A model generated the notes under the pieces. The model saw only the letters and a program-made list of their open reading frames with translations. It was not told the DNA's origin and ran no database searches. A stretch of 64,000 nt of DNA from Chiloscyllium plagiosum (lineage: Eukaryota). Location of the stretch: NCBI RefSeq assembly GCF_004010195.1, contig NC_057756.1, forward strand, positions 5,570,167 through 5,634,166, read 5' to 3'. A program made the translations under genes and the position numbers. Below are positions 11,874-24,000 of the stretch, in pieces (position 1 is the first letter of the stretch; each line of letters starts with the position of its first letter).

Positions 11874-14800
11874 GAGGCTGCAGGAGGTTACAGAAAAAAC
11901 CTGAGGGATGTATTGGCTACAGGAGGTTACAGAGAAAACCGGTGGGAAGTATGGGCTACAGGAGGTTACATAGACAGGGAGGGATGTATGGGCTACAGGA
12001 GGTTACATAGAAAGGGAGGGATGTATGGGCTACAGGAGGTTACATAGATAGGGAGGGATGAATGGGATACAGGAGGTGACAGACAAAATCGGAGGGATGT
12101 ATGGGCTACAGGAGGTTACAGAGACAGGGAGGGATGTATGGGCTACCGGAGGTTACAGAGAAAACTGGAGCGATGTATGGGCTATAGGAGGTTACATAGA
12201 CAGGGAGGGATGTATGGGCTACAGGAGGTTACAGAGAAAACCAGAGGGATGTATGGGCTACAGGAGGTTAAATAGACAGGGAGGGATGTATAGGCTACAG
12301 GAGGTTACATAGACAGGGAGGGATGTATGGGCTATAGGAGGTTACACAGACAGGGAGGGGTGTATGGGCTACCGGGGGTTACATAGACAGGGAGACATGT
12401 ATAGGCTACAGGAGGTTACACAGACAGGGTGGGATGTATGGACTACAGGAGGTTACATAGACAGGGAGGGATGTATGGGCTATCGGAGGTTACACAGACA
12501 GGGAGGGATGTATGGGCTACAGGAGGTTACATCGATAGGGAAGGATGTATGGGCTACCGGAGATTACATAGACAGGGAGAGATGTATGGGCTATAGGAGG
12601 TTACAGAGACAGGGAGGGATGTATGGGCTTCCGGAGGTTACACAGACAGGGAGGGATGTATGGGGTAAAGGAGGTTACACAGACAGGGAAGGATGTATGG
12701 GCTAAAGGAGGTTACATAGATAGGGAGGGATGTATGGGCTACCGGAGATTACATAGACAGGGAGGGATGTATGGGCTTCCGGAGGTTACATAGACAGGGA
12801 AGGATGAATGGGCTTCCGGTGGTTACACAGACAGGGAGGGATGTATGGGCTTCCGGAGGTTACAGAGACAGGGAGGGATGTATGGGCTTCAGGAGGTTAC
12901 ACAGACAGGGAGGGATGTATGGGCTACAGGAGGTTACACAGACAGGGAGGGATTATGGGCTTTCGGAGGTTACATAGACAGGGAGGGATGTATGGGCTTC
13001 CGGAGGTTACAGAGACAGGGAGAGATGTATGGGCTACCGGAGGTTACATAGATAGGGAGGGATGTATGGGCTACAGGAGGTTACATAGACAGGGAGGGAT
13101 GTATGGGCTTCAGGAGGTTACAGAGACAGGGAGGGATGTATGGGCTACCGGAGGTTACATAGACAGGGAGAGATATATGGGCTACAGGAGGTTACATAGA
13201 CAGGGAGGGATATATGGGCTACAGGAGGACACATAGACAGGGAGGGATGTATGGGCTTCAGGAGGTTACATAGACAGGGAGGGATGTTTGGGCTACAGGA
13301 GGTTACACTATCAGGGAGGGATGTATGGGCTACAGGAGGTTACATAGATAGGGAGGGATGTATGGGCTACAGGAGGTTACATAGATAGGGAGGGATGTAT
13401 GGGCTACCGGAGGTTACATAGACAGGGAGGGATGTATGGGCTACAGGAGGTTACAGAGACAGGGAGGAATATATGGGCTACAGGAGGTTACATAGACAGG
13501 GAGGGATGTATGGGCTTCAGGAGGTTACACAGACAGGGAGGGAAGTATGGGCTACCGGAGGTTACATAGACAGGGAGAGATGTATGGGCTACAGGAGGTT
13601 ACACAGACAGGGAGGGATGTATGGGCTACAGGAGGTTACACAGACAGGGAGGGATGTATGGGCTACCGGAGGTTACATAGACAGGGAGAGATATATGGGC
13701 TACAGGAGGTTACATAGACAGGGAGGGATATATGGGCTACAGGAGGTCACATAGACAGGGAGGGATGTATGGGCTTCAGGAGGTTACAGAGACAGGGAGG
13801 GATGTATGGGCTACAGGAGGTTACAGAAACAGGGAGGGATGTATGGGCTACAGGAGGTTACACAGACAGGGAGGGATGTATGGGCTACAGGAGGTTACAG
13901 AGACAGGGAGGGATGTATGGGCTACAGGAGGTTACAGAGACAGGTAGGGATGTATGGGCTACAGGAGGTTACAGAGACAGGGAGGTATGTATGGACTTCA
14001 GGAGGTTACAGAGACAGGGAGGGATGTATGGGCTACAGGAGGTTACATAGATAGGGAGGGATGTATGGGCTACAGGAGGTTACATCGATAGGGAGGGATG
14101 TATGGGCTACAGGAGTTACATAGAGAGGAAGGGATGTATGGGCTACAGGAGGTTACACAGACAGGGAGGGATGTATGGGCTACAGGAGGTTACATAGTGG
14201 GGAGGGATGTATGGGCTATAGGAGGTTACACAGACAGGGAGGGGTGTATGGGCTACAGGAGCTTACATAGACAGGGAGGGATGTATGGGCTACAGAGGGT
14301 TACAGAGACAGGGAGGGATGTATGAGCTACAGGAGGTTACCCAGACAGGGAGGGATGTATGGGCTACAGGAGGTTACATGGATAGGGAGGGATGTATGGG
14401 ATATAGGGGGTTACACAGACAGGGAGGGGTGTATGGGCTATAGGAGGTTACACAGAGAGGGAGGGGTGTATGGGCTACAGGAGGTGACATAGACAGGGAG
14501 GGATGTATGGGCTACAGGAGGTTACACAGACAGAGAGGGATGTATGCGCTATAGGAGGTTACATAGACAGGGAGGGATGTATGGGCGACAGGAGGTTACA
14601 TAGATAGGGAGGGATGTATGGGCTACCGGAGGTTACATAGACAGGGAGGGATGTATGGGCTACAGGAGGTTACCCAGACAGGGAGGGATGTATGGGCTAC
14701 CGGAGGTTACAGAGAAAACTGGAGGGATGTATGGGCTACAGGAGGTTACACAGACAGGGTGGGATGTATGGGCTACAGGGGGTTACATAGACAGGGAGGG

Positions 14801-15290
14801 ATGTATGGGCTACAGGAGGTTACAGAGTAAACCGGAGGGATGTATGGGCTGCAGGAGGTTACAGAAGGGAGAGATGATGTATGGGCTACAGGAGGTTACA
14901 GAGACAGGGAGGGATGTATGGACTTCAGGAGGATACATAGACAGGGAGGGATGTATAGGCTACAGGAGGTTACAGAGACAGGGAGGGATGTATGGGCTAC
15001 AGGAGGTTACACAGACAGGGAGGGATATATGGGCTACAGGAGGTTACATAGACAGGGAGGGATGTATGGGCTACAGGAGGTTACAGAGTAAACCGGAGGG
15101 ATGTATGGGCTGCAGGAGGTTACAGAAACAGGGAGAGATGTATGGGCTACAGGAGGTTACAGAGACAGGGAGGGATGTATGGGCTACAGGAGGTTACAGA
15201 GACAGGGAGGGATGTATGGGCTACAGGAGGTTACAGAGTATACCGGAGGGATGTATGGGCTACAGGAGGTTACAGAAACAGGGAGGGATG
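11874..15290. repeat. 37-bp minisatellite, about 90 highly similar units, L2-derived
   Basis: Unit ggaggttacatagacagggagggatgtatgggctaca; accounts for all the MGYRRL/MYGLQEVT ORFs. Confidence 0.95.
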
Positions 15291-15487
15291 ATGGAGGGAT
15301 TTGAAACTAAAGAATGGGAAGTTTATAATTAACTAGGGATGGATGTAGGAGAGGGAGTGAAAGGAGGGTGACTGGGGAAAGGGACTCGGTGTGAGTTCAG
15401 AGATGGTGTGGCAGTCGTGTTTTGGATGAATGGCTCTCAAGGAGCAAGTGGTGACAGAGACCGGGGAGTTCACATTGGGAAAAGGTC

Positions 15488-16160
15488 CTCGATGTTGTGC
15501 CAACCTTTTATCCTACTCTAAGGTCAGACTAACCTACATACTCTTCATTTTACTCCATATGCCTATCCAAGAGTCACTTAGATGTCCCTAGTGTCTCTGA
15601 CTCTACTACGACTGCCGCCCACCACTCTCTGTGTAAAGAATCTACCTCTGACACTTGCCCTAAACCTTCCTCCAATCACCTTAAAACTATGCTCCCTTGT
15701 GATAGACATTTTCGCCCTGGGAAAAAGTCTCTGGCTATCCACTCTATCTATGCCTCTCACCATCCTGTGCACCTCTGTCAATTCACCTCTCATGCTTCTT
15801 CTCTTCAATTGAAAAGCCCTAGCTCCTTCAACTTTTCTTCATAAGATATGCCCTCCAGTCCAGACAGCATCCCGGTAAATCTTCTCTGCACCCTCTCTAA
15901 GGCTACCACATCCTTCCTATAATGAAGCGAAAGGAACTGAACACAATATTCCAAGTGTGGTCTAACCAAGACTTATAGAGTTGCAGCATATCCTTGTGGC
16001 TCTTAAACTCAATTCTCCTGCTAATGAAAGCCAACACACCATACACTATCTTAACAACCCTATCAACTTGGGGGGCAACTTTGAAGGATCTATTGACATA
16101 GACTCCAAGATCACTCTGTTCCTTCATACTGCCAAGAATCCTGCCTTTAACCCTGTATTC
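15488..16160 (-). mobile_element. CR1 LINE 3' fragment
   Basis: RVDSQRLFPR, GRFFTQRVV, DRVVK..YGVLAFISR motifs. Confidence 0.9.
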
Positions 16161-16161
16161 C

Positions 16162-16824
16162 ACAGTAGGGTTAAAATCAACGAGGTAAAAACAATGACTG
16201 CAGATGCTGGAAACCAGATTCTGGATTAGTGGTGCTGGAAGAGCACAGCAGTTCAGGCAGCATCCGAGGAGCAGCGAAATCGACGTTTCAACCCTACTGC
16301 GAATCCTCTTGCAAGGATGCCTGCATTGAAGAAGTTTTCCTCCTTTCTCTACAAGAATCTCAGGGAGTCCCTCTCCCACTGCAACTCCCAGGTCATTTCC
16401 TCTGCCCTGAAGCTCTTCAACTATGTCGTGAAACAAACTCGCTACCACAGCCACATTTGCTTCCTCAGTGCCTGCCTCCGTAACCAACTCATGCCACACG
16501 GACTCCGGACCACCTTTAAACCCATGACTTGTCCTCCCTGCCTATCTCCTTTTCCACCTATCCACTCCACCCTCTCCTCCCTGACCTATCACCTTCATCC
16601 CCTCCCCCACTCACCTATTGTACTCTATGCTACTTTCTCCCCACCCCCACCCTCCTCTCGCTTATCTCTCCACGCTTCAGGCTCACTGCCTTTATTCCTG
16701 ATGAAGGGCTTTTGCCCGAAACGTCGATTTCGCTGCTCCCCGGATGCTGCCTGAACTGCTGTGCTCTTCCAGCACCACTAATCCAGAATCTGGTTTCCAG
16801 CATCTGCAGTCATTGTTTTTACCT
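16162..16824 (+). mobile_element. Internally deleted Penelope-like element with inverted pseudo-LTRs and a hammerhead core
   Basis: ~107-bp near-perfect inverted repeats (16182-16288 / 16718-16824). Internal piece KQTRYHSHICFLSACLRNQLMPHGLRTTFKP resembles a PLE ORF N-terminus. Confidence 0.75.
16694..16729 (+). ncRNA. Minimal type I hammerhead ribozyme motif (PLE-associated)
   Basis: CTGATGA-a-GGGC tttt GCCC-GAAA-C-GTC: intact catalytic core, 4-bp stem II, palindromic ACGT stem III, GUC cleavage triplet. Confidence 0.75.
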
Positions 16825-16984
16825 TTTAAATTCCTCCTCGCTGACTGAACCAACCCCAACTGGAAGACATCTGAGTGGGCCAGTACATAGTGAGTGCTGC
16901 ACTGTCAGAGTGTCACATTGTTGGAGTGCTACACTGTCGGAGGGTCAGTGCTGAGGGAACCAGACCAATTCTATTTCTGAAGTA

Positions 16985-17352
16985 GGAACTCAAGGTTGGA
17001 ATACAGACAGACTGTAACCTCACACCTTGAATGCATTGTCTGAGTTTTCTCAGGAAAGTGATTTGAAAGAAGTTCTGGGATTTACATAATAATGAACAGA
17101 AACCTGCTGCGCATTCTACATGATTAAAGACTTAACAGCAGTCTCGGTTTGTTCAATACACCACATCAGTTGTATGACACTTTGATCTTTTACTATAAAT
17201 TCAATACCCTATGATCTTGCCCCACTAGCTACCTGATGAAGGAGCAGCGCTCTGAAAGCTTGTACTTCCAAGTAAACCTGTTGGACAATAACCTGGTGTT
17301 GTGTGATTTTTAACTTTGTCCATCCCATTCCAACAGCGGCACTTCCACATCA
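16985..17352 (+). mobile_element. Penelope-derived non-autonomous element (second family) with a hammerhead core at 17230-17264
   Basis: tac-CTGATGA-a-GGAGC agc GCTCT-GAAA-GCTT-gta followed by taaacctgttgga..aacctggtgttgtg. Related copies at 34880-35220 (-) and 60640-60720. Confidence 0.65.
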
Positions 17353-17637
17353 TGTGATGCATTTTGGCATGACACATGTAAGAGGAAAGTAAATGCCACG
17401 ACCCTTAGGAGCATTGGTATATAGAGGGATCTTTGGGTGCTGTGGGTTTGGAGTCACATGTCAGGAGAGACCGGATTAGGATGGCAGATTTCCTTCTCTG
17501 AAGGATATTAGTGACCCCAATCGGATTGTCCAATATTGTGTGTTCACATGCTCGTCATTAGATTAGATTTTCATTTTGCTGATTTCTAAATTCACCATAC
17601 GCCATGGTGGGATTCGAATCAGTGTCCCAAAAACATT

Positions 17638-17940
17638 TAGATTAGATCACATTACAGTGTGGAAACAGGCCCTTCGGCCCAACAAGTCCACACCGACCCG
17701 CCGAAGAGCAACCCACCCATACCCCTACATTTATCCCTTACTTAACACTACGGGCAATTTAGCATGGCCAATTCACCTGACCTGCACATCTTTGGACTGT
17801 GGGAGGAAACCGGAGCACCCGGAGGAAACCCACGCAGACACGGGGAGAACGTGCAAACTCCACACAGTCAGTCGCCTGAGGCGGGAATTGAAGCCGGGTC
17901 TCCGGCGCTGTGAGGCAGCAGTGCCACCGTGCCGCCCACC
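17638..17940 (-). mobile_element. HE1-type tRNA-derived V-SINE
   Basis: tRNA-like head with a B-box-like element, V-domain gtgtggagtttgcacgttctccccgtgtctgcgtgggtttcctccgggtgctccggtttcctcccac, (aatct)n tail. acatt TSD inside an older SINE. Confidence 0.9.
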
Positions 17941-18573
17941 ACATTAACCTGGGTCTCTGGATTATTTTAGAAGCACTGCAGTGTGCAAGAGGCCATTCAG
18001 CCCATCAAGTCCGCATGACCCTCTGAAGAGCATCCCACCCAGACTCACCCCATCCCTGCATTCCCCATGGCCAATCCATCTCACCTACATATCCCTGGAC
18101 ACTATGGGGCAACGAATGGTCAATCTACTCTTGGAAAGCATAGCACCCAGACGAAAGCCATACGTACATAGGGAGAACATGCAAACTCCCTAGTCGTCCG
18201 AGGGTGGAATCAAATCCAGATTTCCAGTGCTACCAGCAGGATACCTATATCCAATGAGGCGATGCTTATGCTCTCCCTCATAACACTAGAAACCTGGGGA
18301 TTGGGGAATCCAACAGACGGTTTTGACAGCTGTCAATTATACAATGTTATTAAACAATCATCGGCACATGAGTGTCTGGGCTGGTAATGAAGTGATTTGG
18401 TCACTACAGAAGAGCATGATCTCTAATGGAGGGTCATGTTTCAAGTGGTCCCGGGGAAGATGGCATCTGAGCCCATTATACCTTCAGGTCACATGTTACA
18501 ACGCAGCGATAATGTCACTTCAAGGCATACAGATCGTCTGTGAGAACAGGGAAGATGATTAGATGATGCTTAC

Positions 18574-18624
18574 CTTGTGGAATAGTCTTGACCAGTGAGG
18601 ACTCAATGCAAAAATCAGCTGAAT
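18574..18624 (-). other. Candidate 51-nt exon
   Basis: ctttctgatctccag acceptor and aag|gtaagc donor; open in phase 1 (DSADFCIESSLVKTIPQ). Confidence 0.3.
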
Positions 18625-18879
18625 CTGGAGATCAGAAAGGATTTCTCTCTCTCTCTCTGAGAAACATGCGCTGCGAAACACAATTCCTTCAACATCAATA
18701 GGACATCAGATGTGTTAAAGGATTAAAATATTAACAGTTGAGGTAGGCAGCTTTATGACAAAAATGGGGGTGGGGGGGTGAGATTAAAGTTATTTGGGAA
18801 GGAAGTGGGCATGGACACATTTTAATGGAGAGAAACAAGCTAGAGGGTCTGAATGTTCAAAGCAGCTCCAAGAACCAGA

Positions 18880-19445
18880 GACAGAGAAATCCGGCACACA
18901 GTTATGAAATTCTGCCCTTCTAGCCTGTGCTGCTAATTAGTCTGATCAAGGCTGATCATTCAACTTACTTCCCTGTTTCCTCTTCTCCCCCATACCCTTT
19001 GATTCCTTTAGCCCTAAGAACTATCTCTAACTGCTTGTTGGAAACATTCAATATTTTCGCATCAAAAGCTTTCTGTGGTAGAGATTTCCACAGTCTGCCC
19101 GCTATCTGGGTGAAGACGTTTCTCCTCATCTGAGTCCAAAAGGGTTTACCCCGTATCTTCAGACTGGAATCCCCAGTCATTGGGAACAGCCTTCTTAAGT
19201 TTACCCTCTGAAGTTAGGATTTTATTGGTTTCTCTGAGATCTCTCCCCTTGCTCTTCTAAATGCCAGTGAATGTGTTGCTAACCAGACCAGTCTCTCTTT
19301 ATCCATCAGCACTGCCATCCCAGAATCAATCTGAGAAACACTCTGCTAAACTCCCTCCATCAGCAGAACATCCTTCCTCAAATAAGAAGACTAAAATACG
19401 CCAAGTATGGTCTCATCAAGGCCCCTGAACAATTTCAGCAAGACA
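18880..19445 (-). mobile_element. Degenerate CR1 3' fragment
   Basis: LKIRGKPF..RRNVFTQ..LWKSLPQK. Confidence 0.75.
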
Positions 19446-19649
19446 TCCCAGAAATATTTCCCATTATTATTAGCCAGAGCACATTCGTGGCAAGGAAACC
19501 CAACCGAGAGAGAAATAAAAGTCAGTCCACACAGTCCCGCTCCAAAAATAGCAAGGCACTGACAAACCACACACTGCTGTAGTGATAATGCTGATCACCA
19601 TCATCTGCAGGTCAGTCTCATTCAACAGGATGTCACAACGACCTCCCTG

Positions 19650-19950
19650 CAGTGTGGTACTCCTTCTGCACTGACCGTCCAACAGTGCGGCACTCTCTCA
19701 GTGCCCACTCCCTCAGTACTGACCATCCAACAGTGCAACACTTCCTCAGTGCCCACTCCCTCTGCACTGACCGTCCAACAGTGCGGCACTCCCTCAGTAC
19801 CCACTCCCTCAGTACTTGGCCCTTCAACAGTGCGGCATTCCCTCAGTACTGAGCCACAACAGTGCAGCACTCTCTCAGTACTGAACTTCTGACAGTGTAA
19901 CACTCCCTCAGTGCTAGCCTGCCGATAGTGTAGAACTTCGTCAGTACTTA
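19650..19950. repeat. ~33-34 bp minisatellite from Deu-SINE sequence
   Basis: Units ctccctcagtactgacc..ccaacagtgcggca. Opposite-orientation arrays at 16885-16960 and 55438-55810. Confidence 0.75.
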
Positions 19951-20049
19951 GAGAGAGAGAGACAGACAGAGAAAGAGACAGAGACAGAGAGGAAGAGCAA
20001 CACAGATCGACAGAAACAGAGAGAGAGAGAGAGATAAAAAAGACGGAGT

Positions 20050-20310
20050 TGGAGAGGTTTATGGATGCATCCCAGAGCTTAGGACCTCCAGGCAGCTGAA
20101 GGCAGAATGGCCAATTGATGGAATGATGGAATCAAGAGATACTTGAGAATTGGAGGAGCATAGAGATCTTGGAAGCCAGTAGGTGCTGGAGGAAGTTACA
20201 GAGATAGGGAGGGATTATAGAGTCTGGAGGTGGTCACAGATAAGGAGAGATGCAGGGGTTGGAAGAGGTGACAGAGGTAGGGAGGAGTGTAAGGGCTGAA
20301 GGACATTATG
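20050..20310 (-). mobile_element. L2-type fragment with incipient 37-bp repeats
   Basis: AFSCL(G)PKLW on the minus strand next to ggaagttacagagataggga units. Confidence 0.6.
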
Positions 20311-22069
20311 AAAATAAGCGTGTTAGACTTACCTTGTCCCTCTCTACAGTGAATACAAATGCAAACTACGTATTTAGAATCTCAGCTGTGTCTTCTGGCT
20401 CCACACACACAGTTTGCTCATTTGGTCCCTAATGGGGCCTACTCCTTCTTTGCCTGTTCATTTACCCCGAGTATACTTATAAAACATCTTTGGAATTTCC
20501 TTAATGGTACCCACTAATGCTTTTTCATCTTCCCTCTTCGCTCTCCTAATTTCCATTCTTCAGTAACCCTCTGTATTTTCTCCTCTGAGGCATTCAGTGT
20601 TTTGAGCTCTTAGTGTCTATAAAAAGCAATTTTTTTCCTGTATCCAATCCTGTGCATCCGCTGACATTCAGGTTCTCTCAGCCTATTGGTCCTGCCCTTC
20701 ACCTTCATGGGAACACGTCAGCCCTGCACTCTCCCTTCTGTCAGTTATCTTCCACCCTTATTGATGTTTTTCACACAGTGAGAATGAACAGGAAGTGTGA
20801 TGCTGACCCAACCTGTCTACTCTCGGAGCTGCTTTGCTGTCTTTGTGGGAAATTCTAACTAAATCAGTAAAAAACATAAATTTCAGAAAATTATAATTGA
20901 ACTTGCAGTGCCAGAGTGAACATCACTCCCCAGTATTTATCATGGCTCCCGGCCCATTACTGAATTCTTGTTCACTGACTTCCATTGGTAAACAAAGCTT
21001 CAACTTAATGACATTCACCATGGTTTTCCCAACCCTCTGTCGCCCCTCTCCACTCCCTCCCTCTGTAATCTCCCTCTGCAATGTATGCTATGAGAGCTCT
21101 GTGTCAAACTGGGAGCCAGTGTATATCAGTAAACACAATGTGATGGGTGACTAGGATTTGGTATGAGTTTGTACACTGCCTCATTGCTGCACTGATTCCC
21201 AATCAGACCTCAGTAAGAATGATCTTTTACAAACCTCATTAACCATAAATCTCTCAAAGCAGATGATGACAATACCTTGAAGAAGTGATTGCAGGAAGTA
21301 AGTTTTCTCAATCAGTTTCTGGATTAGAGTGGTGCTGGAAAAGCACAGCAGTTCAGGCAGCATCCGAGGAGCAGGAAAATCGACATTTCGGGCAAAAGCT
21401 CTTCATCAGGAGTGACCACTCCCAAATATTTCATCAGTTTCTCCCTCTCAAGCTCTGAAAGAGAAAGGAGTTAAATAGACCTCACCTCTTGTCGACAGCT
21501 CCCGAGAGACCAGAGGTGCTTTTAGACTATGTCCTTACAGACTATTTTGATTCTCTGTGGGATGATAGGTGCTCCTCATAGTTAGAAGACTTCAAGAAGA
21601 TAAAAGAACAAAAAGTTTGAATTTCCATAGCAGCCGTTACTTCCTCAGGACCTGTCTCTGCATACGCCACGTCCCTTGATCATGAAAGACATTCTGTATT
21701 ACTATCTTCAGCCGTACAGCCAGATCTCACTAATATAAATCTTTCAAAGGCATCACTCATTGGAAGCTGTCTTCATAAACTCACATCAGCAAAGAATGAT
21801 GCTGGTTATGGCTGTAAGTTCTTGTTGTGACTTTACTTACCCTGGACCTGCTTGCTTGAGGAGTAACTGCCCACACACTCTGCCTGGGCAGAATGGCCAC
21901 TTCCTACGGTGTTCCCCTTGTGTATTTAATCAGAATTGTTGATGTGTCACTGTGAGTGGGATCGGGATGTTGGCTCAAAGTGAGAAGTTAGCAGTTTGCC
22001 CAGGATTACTAACAAACTGTTAACCCTTTGTGTTTCCTGATACTGTCTCTGTGTAGACCTGGGCAGCAT

Positions 22070-22340
22070 TTAACATGGCCTGAGGGAGCTGAATGAGTTT
22101 CTCCTGTTCCTCTCAGACAAACCTGAGGGGCTGAATGGACTTCCTCCTGTTCCTGTGTAACGGGCTCAAGAGGGTTGAATGAGCCTCCTCCTGTTCCTGT
22201 TCTAAAAGGCTTGTGGGGCTGGATGGACCTCATACTTGTCCAGTGTAACAGGCTCAAGGGGCTGCGAGGACTTGTTTGTGAGTAACAGGACTGAAGGGCT
22301 TGAACTAGCCCCATGCTGTTTGAGAGTAACAGGCCCAGAG
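22070..22340. repeat. ~42-bp degenerate tandem repeat resembling a CR1 3' tail
   Basis: Recurrent gggctgaatgg..ctcctcctgttcctgtgtaacaggctc. Confidence 0.6.
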
Positions 22341-24000
22341 CTCAATAATAAATAGCAAATCTATTGAAGGCATTGATCAGTATTTGTCACATCACAACAA
22401 CATCAAAGTCACAACAAAGACGGGCCACCTATGGCATCAACCTTAGCCCCACCGGCGTTGTGGGTCAACCCACAGCAAGCGGACTGCAGTGATTCAAGAA
22501 GGCAGCTCACCACCACCTTGTCAAGGGCAAATAGAGATGGGCTATCAATGCTGGCCAGCCAGCAACGACCAAGGTCCACAAATGAATTTAAAAAATATAT
22601 TGGAGTGAATTGCATTGGTTTCATTACTTAGCCATGACCTCTCCGACTGCTTGCCTGGGGAGGAACTGCCAGGACCCTCTGCTTAGACTGAATGCCCTCT
22701 TCCTTTGCTGCTACTGCCCTGTCTATTTAATTATAAAGTGCAGATGGGTGACACTTTTTCAGAATGAGGAACTGGGAAACCCCTGATAAATTCGACAAAT
22801 GTTGCTTTCGTTGGAAATAGTTGACCATTTAAACCTGACTAAACCGGACACAGACAGCTGATTACATGGAGATTCTGCATTGACTGTGGGCCTTTAGAAC
22901 TCTCTCCCCCACCCCACCTTTTTGCTTTGTCTCCACACCTTCCTGCATTATACTCTACCTGCCAGATTTCTGTGAACTCACTCAACCTCACTGTCTTCTG
23001 TCTTATGTCTTCTTCACGATAAACTTTCTTACCTCTCTTTGTGCAATCTGGAAATATAGCCACTCTGCCTTCTATCCCCTCATCGATGGCATTGATATCT
23101 ATGGTTAAAAAGCTGAGACCCCAGCACAGATCCCTGTGGGACCACATTTCTCGTATCCAGCCAATCCTCTCTCAGCGCTTGTGTCTTCCTCTTCATATCA
23201 TACTTTTCAATTTTTTCAATCACTTTTTAAGTAGCACCTTGCACAATTCCTTCTGGAAATCCAAGTTCTGTTTGTCCACAGGCTTCCCTTTTAGCAGGAG
23301 CACATATTGTTCCTTGAAAAAAATGCAATATTGGTTTAAATTGATTTCTCCCTCAAAACCCACACTGATCTTTGTGGACTACCTTTAATTTCTTTTGTAT
23401 ATGAGAAAAGGGCTCATTTAGGTTCAGTGTGTAAGGGAGATGGCAAAAAGAAACTTTGGCCTTAGTTTCAAAAGGAATGGAGAATAAAACTGGGGAAATC
23501 TTGCTAAAACTATACAAGGCATTACACAACATCTAATATTGCCTACTGTGAACAATTTTGGTTAAGTTATTGAAGGAAGGATATACCGGCACAGGAGGAG
23601 GTCCAGAGAAGGTTCACCAGGCTGATGCCATTTATGAAGAGACGGTCATAGAGCCACGGAGTCATAGAGATGTACAGTTCAGAAACAGACCTTTCAGCCC
23701 AACTCACCCATGCCGACCAGACATCGTAAATTAATCTACTCCCATTTACCAGTACCCATCCAGGTGCAATTGTACCAGCCTCCACCATTTCCTCTGACAG
23801 ATCATTCCATGCACGCATCACCCTCTGTGTGAAAAAGTTGCCCCCTCAGGCCTGTGTTAAATATTTTCCCTCTCACCTCAAATCTATGCCGTTTAGTTTT
23901 AGACTCTATTATGCGAGGGAAATGGACTTGGCTATTCACCCTATTTTATTCACCCTATTCCATCCCTCACAATTTTATGAAATTCTATAAGGTAACCCTA

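Noticed and set aside
11781..15332. Many ORFs with repeated MGYRRL/MYGLQEVT peptides; superficially CRISPR-like 37-bp periodicity
   Set aside because: Head-to-tail minisatellite without unique spacers, translated in rotating frames; eukaryotic context and no cas genes.
20330..20580. Apparent minus-strand exon ending at a gtaagt donor
   Set aside because: Sequence is a CR1 ORF2 fragment (GPIRD..LCVEPEDTAEILN..FVFT).
21480..21930. Minus-strand donor sites and ETS-like ggaag motifs suggesting a first exon or promoter
   Set aside because: Stops in plausible frames, no leader peptide, and motifs too short to be significant.
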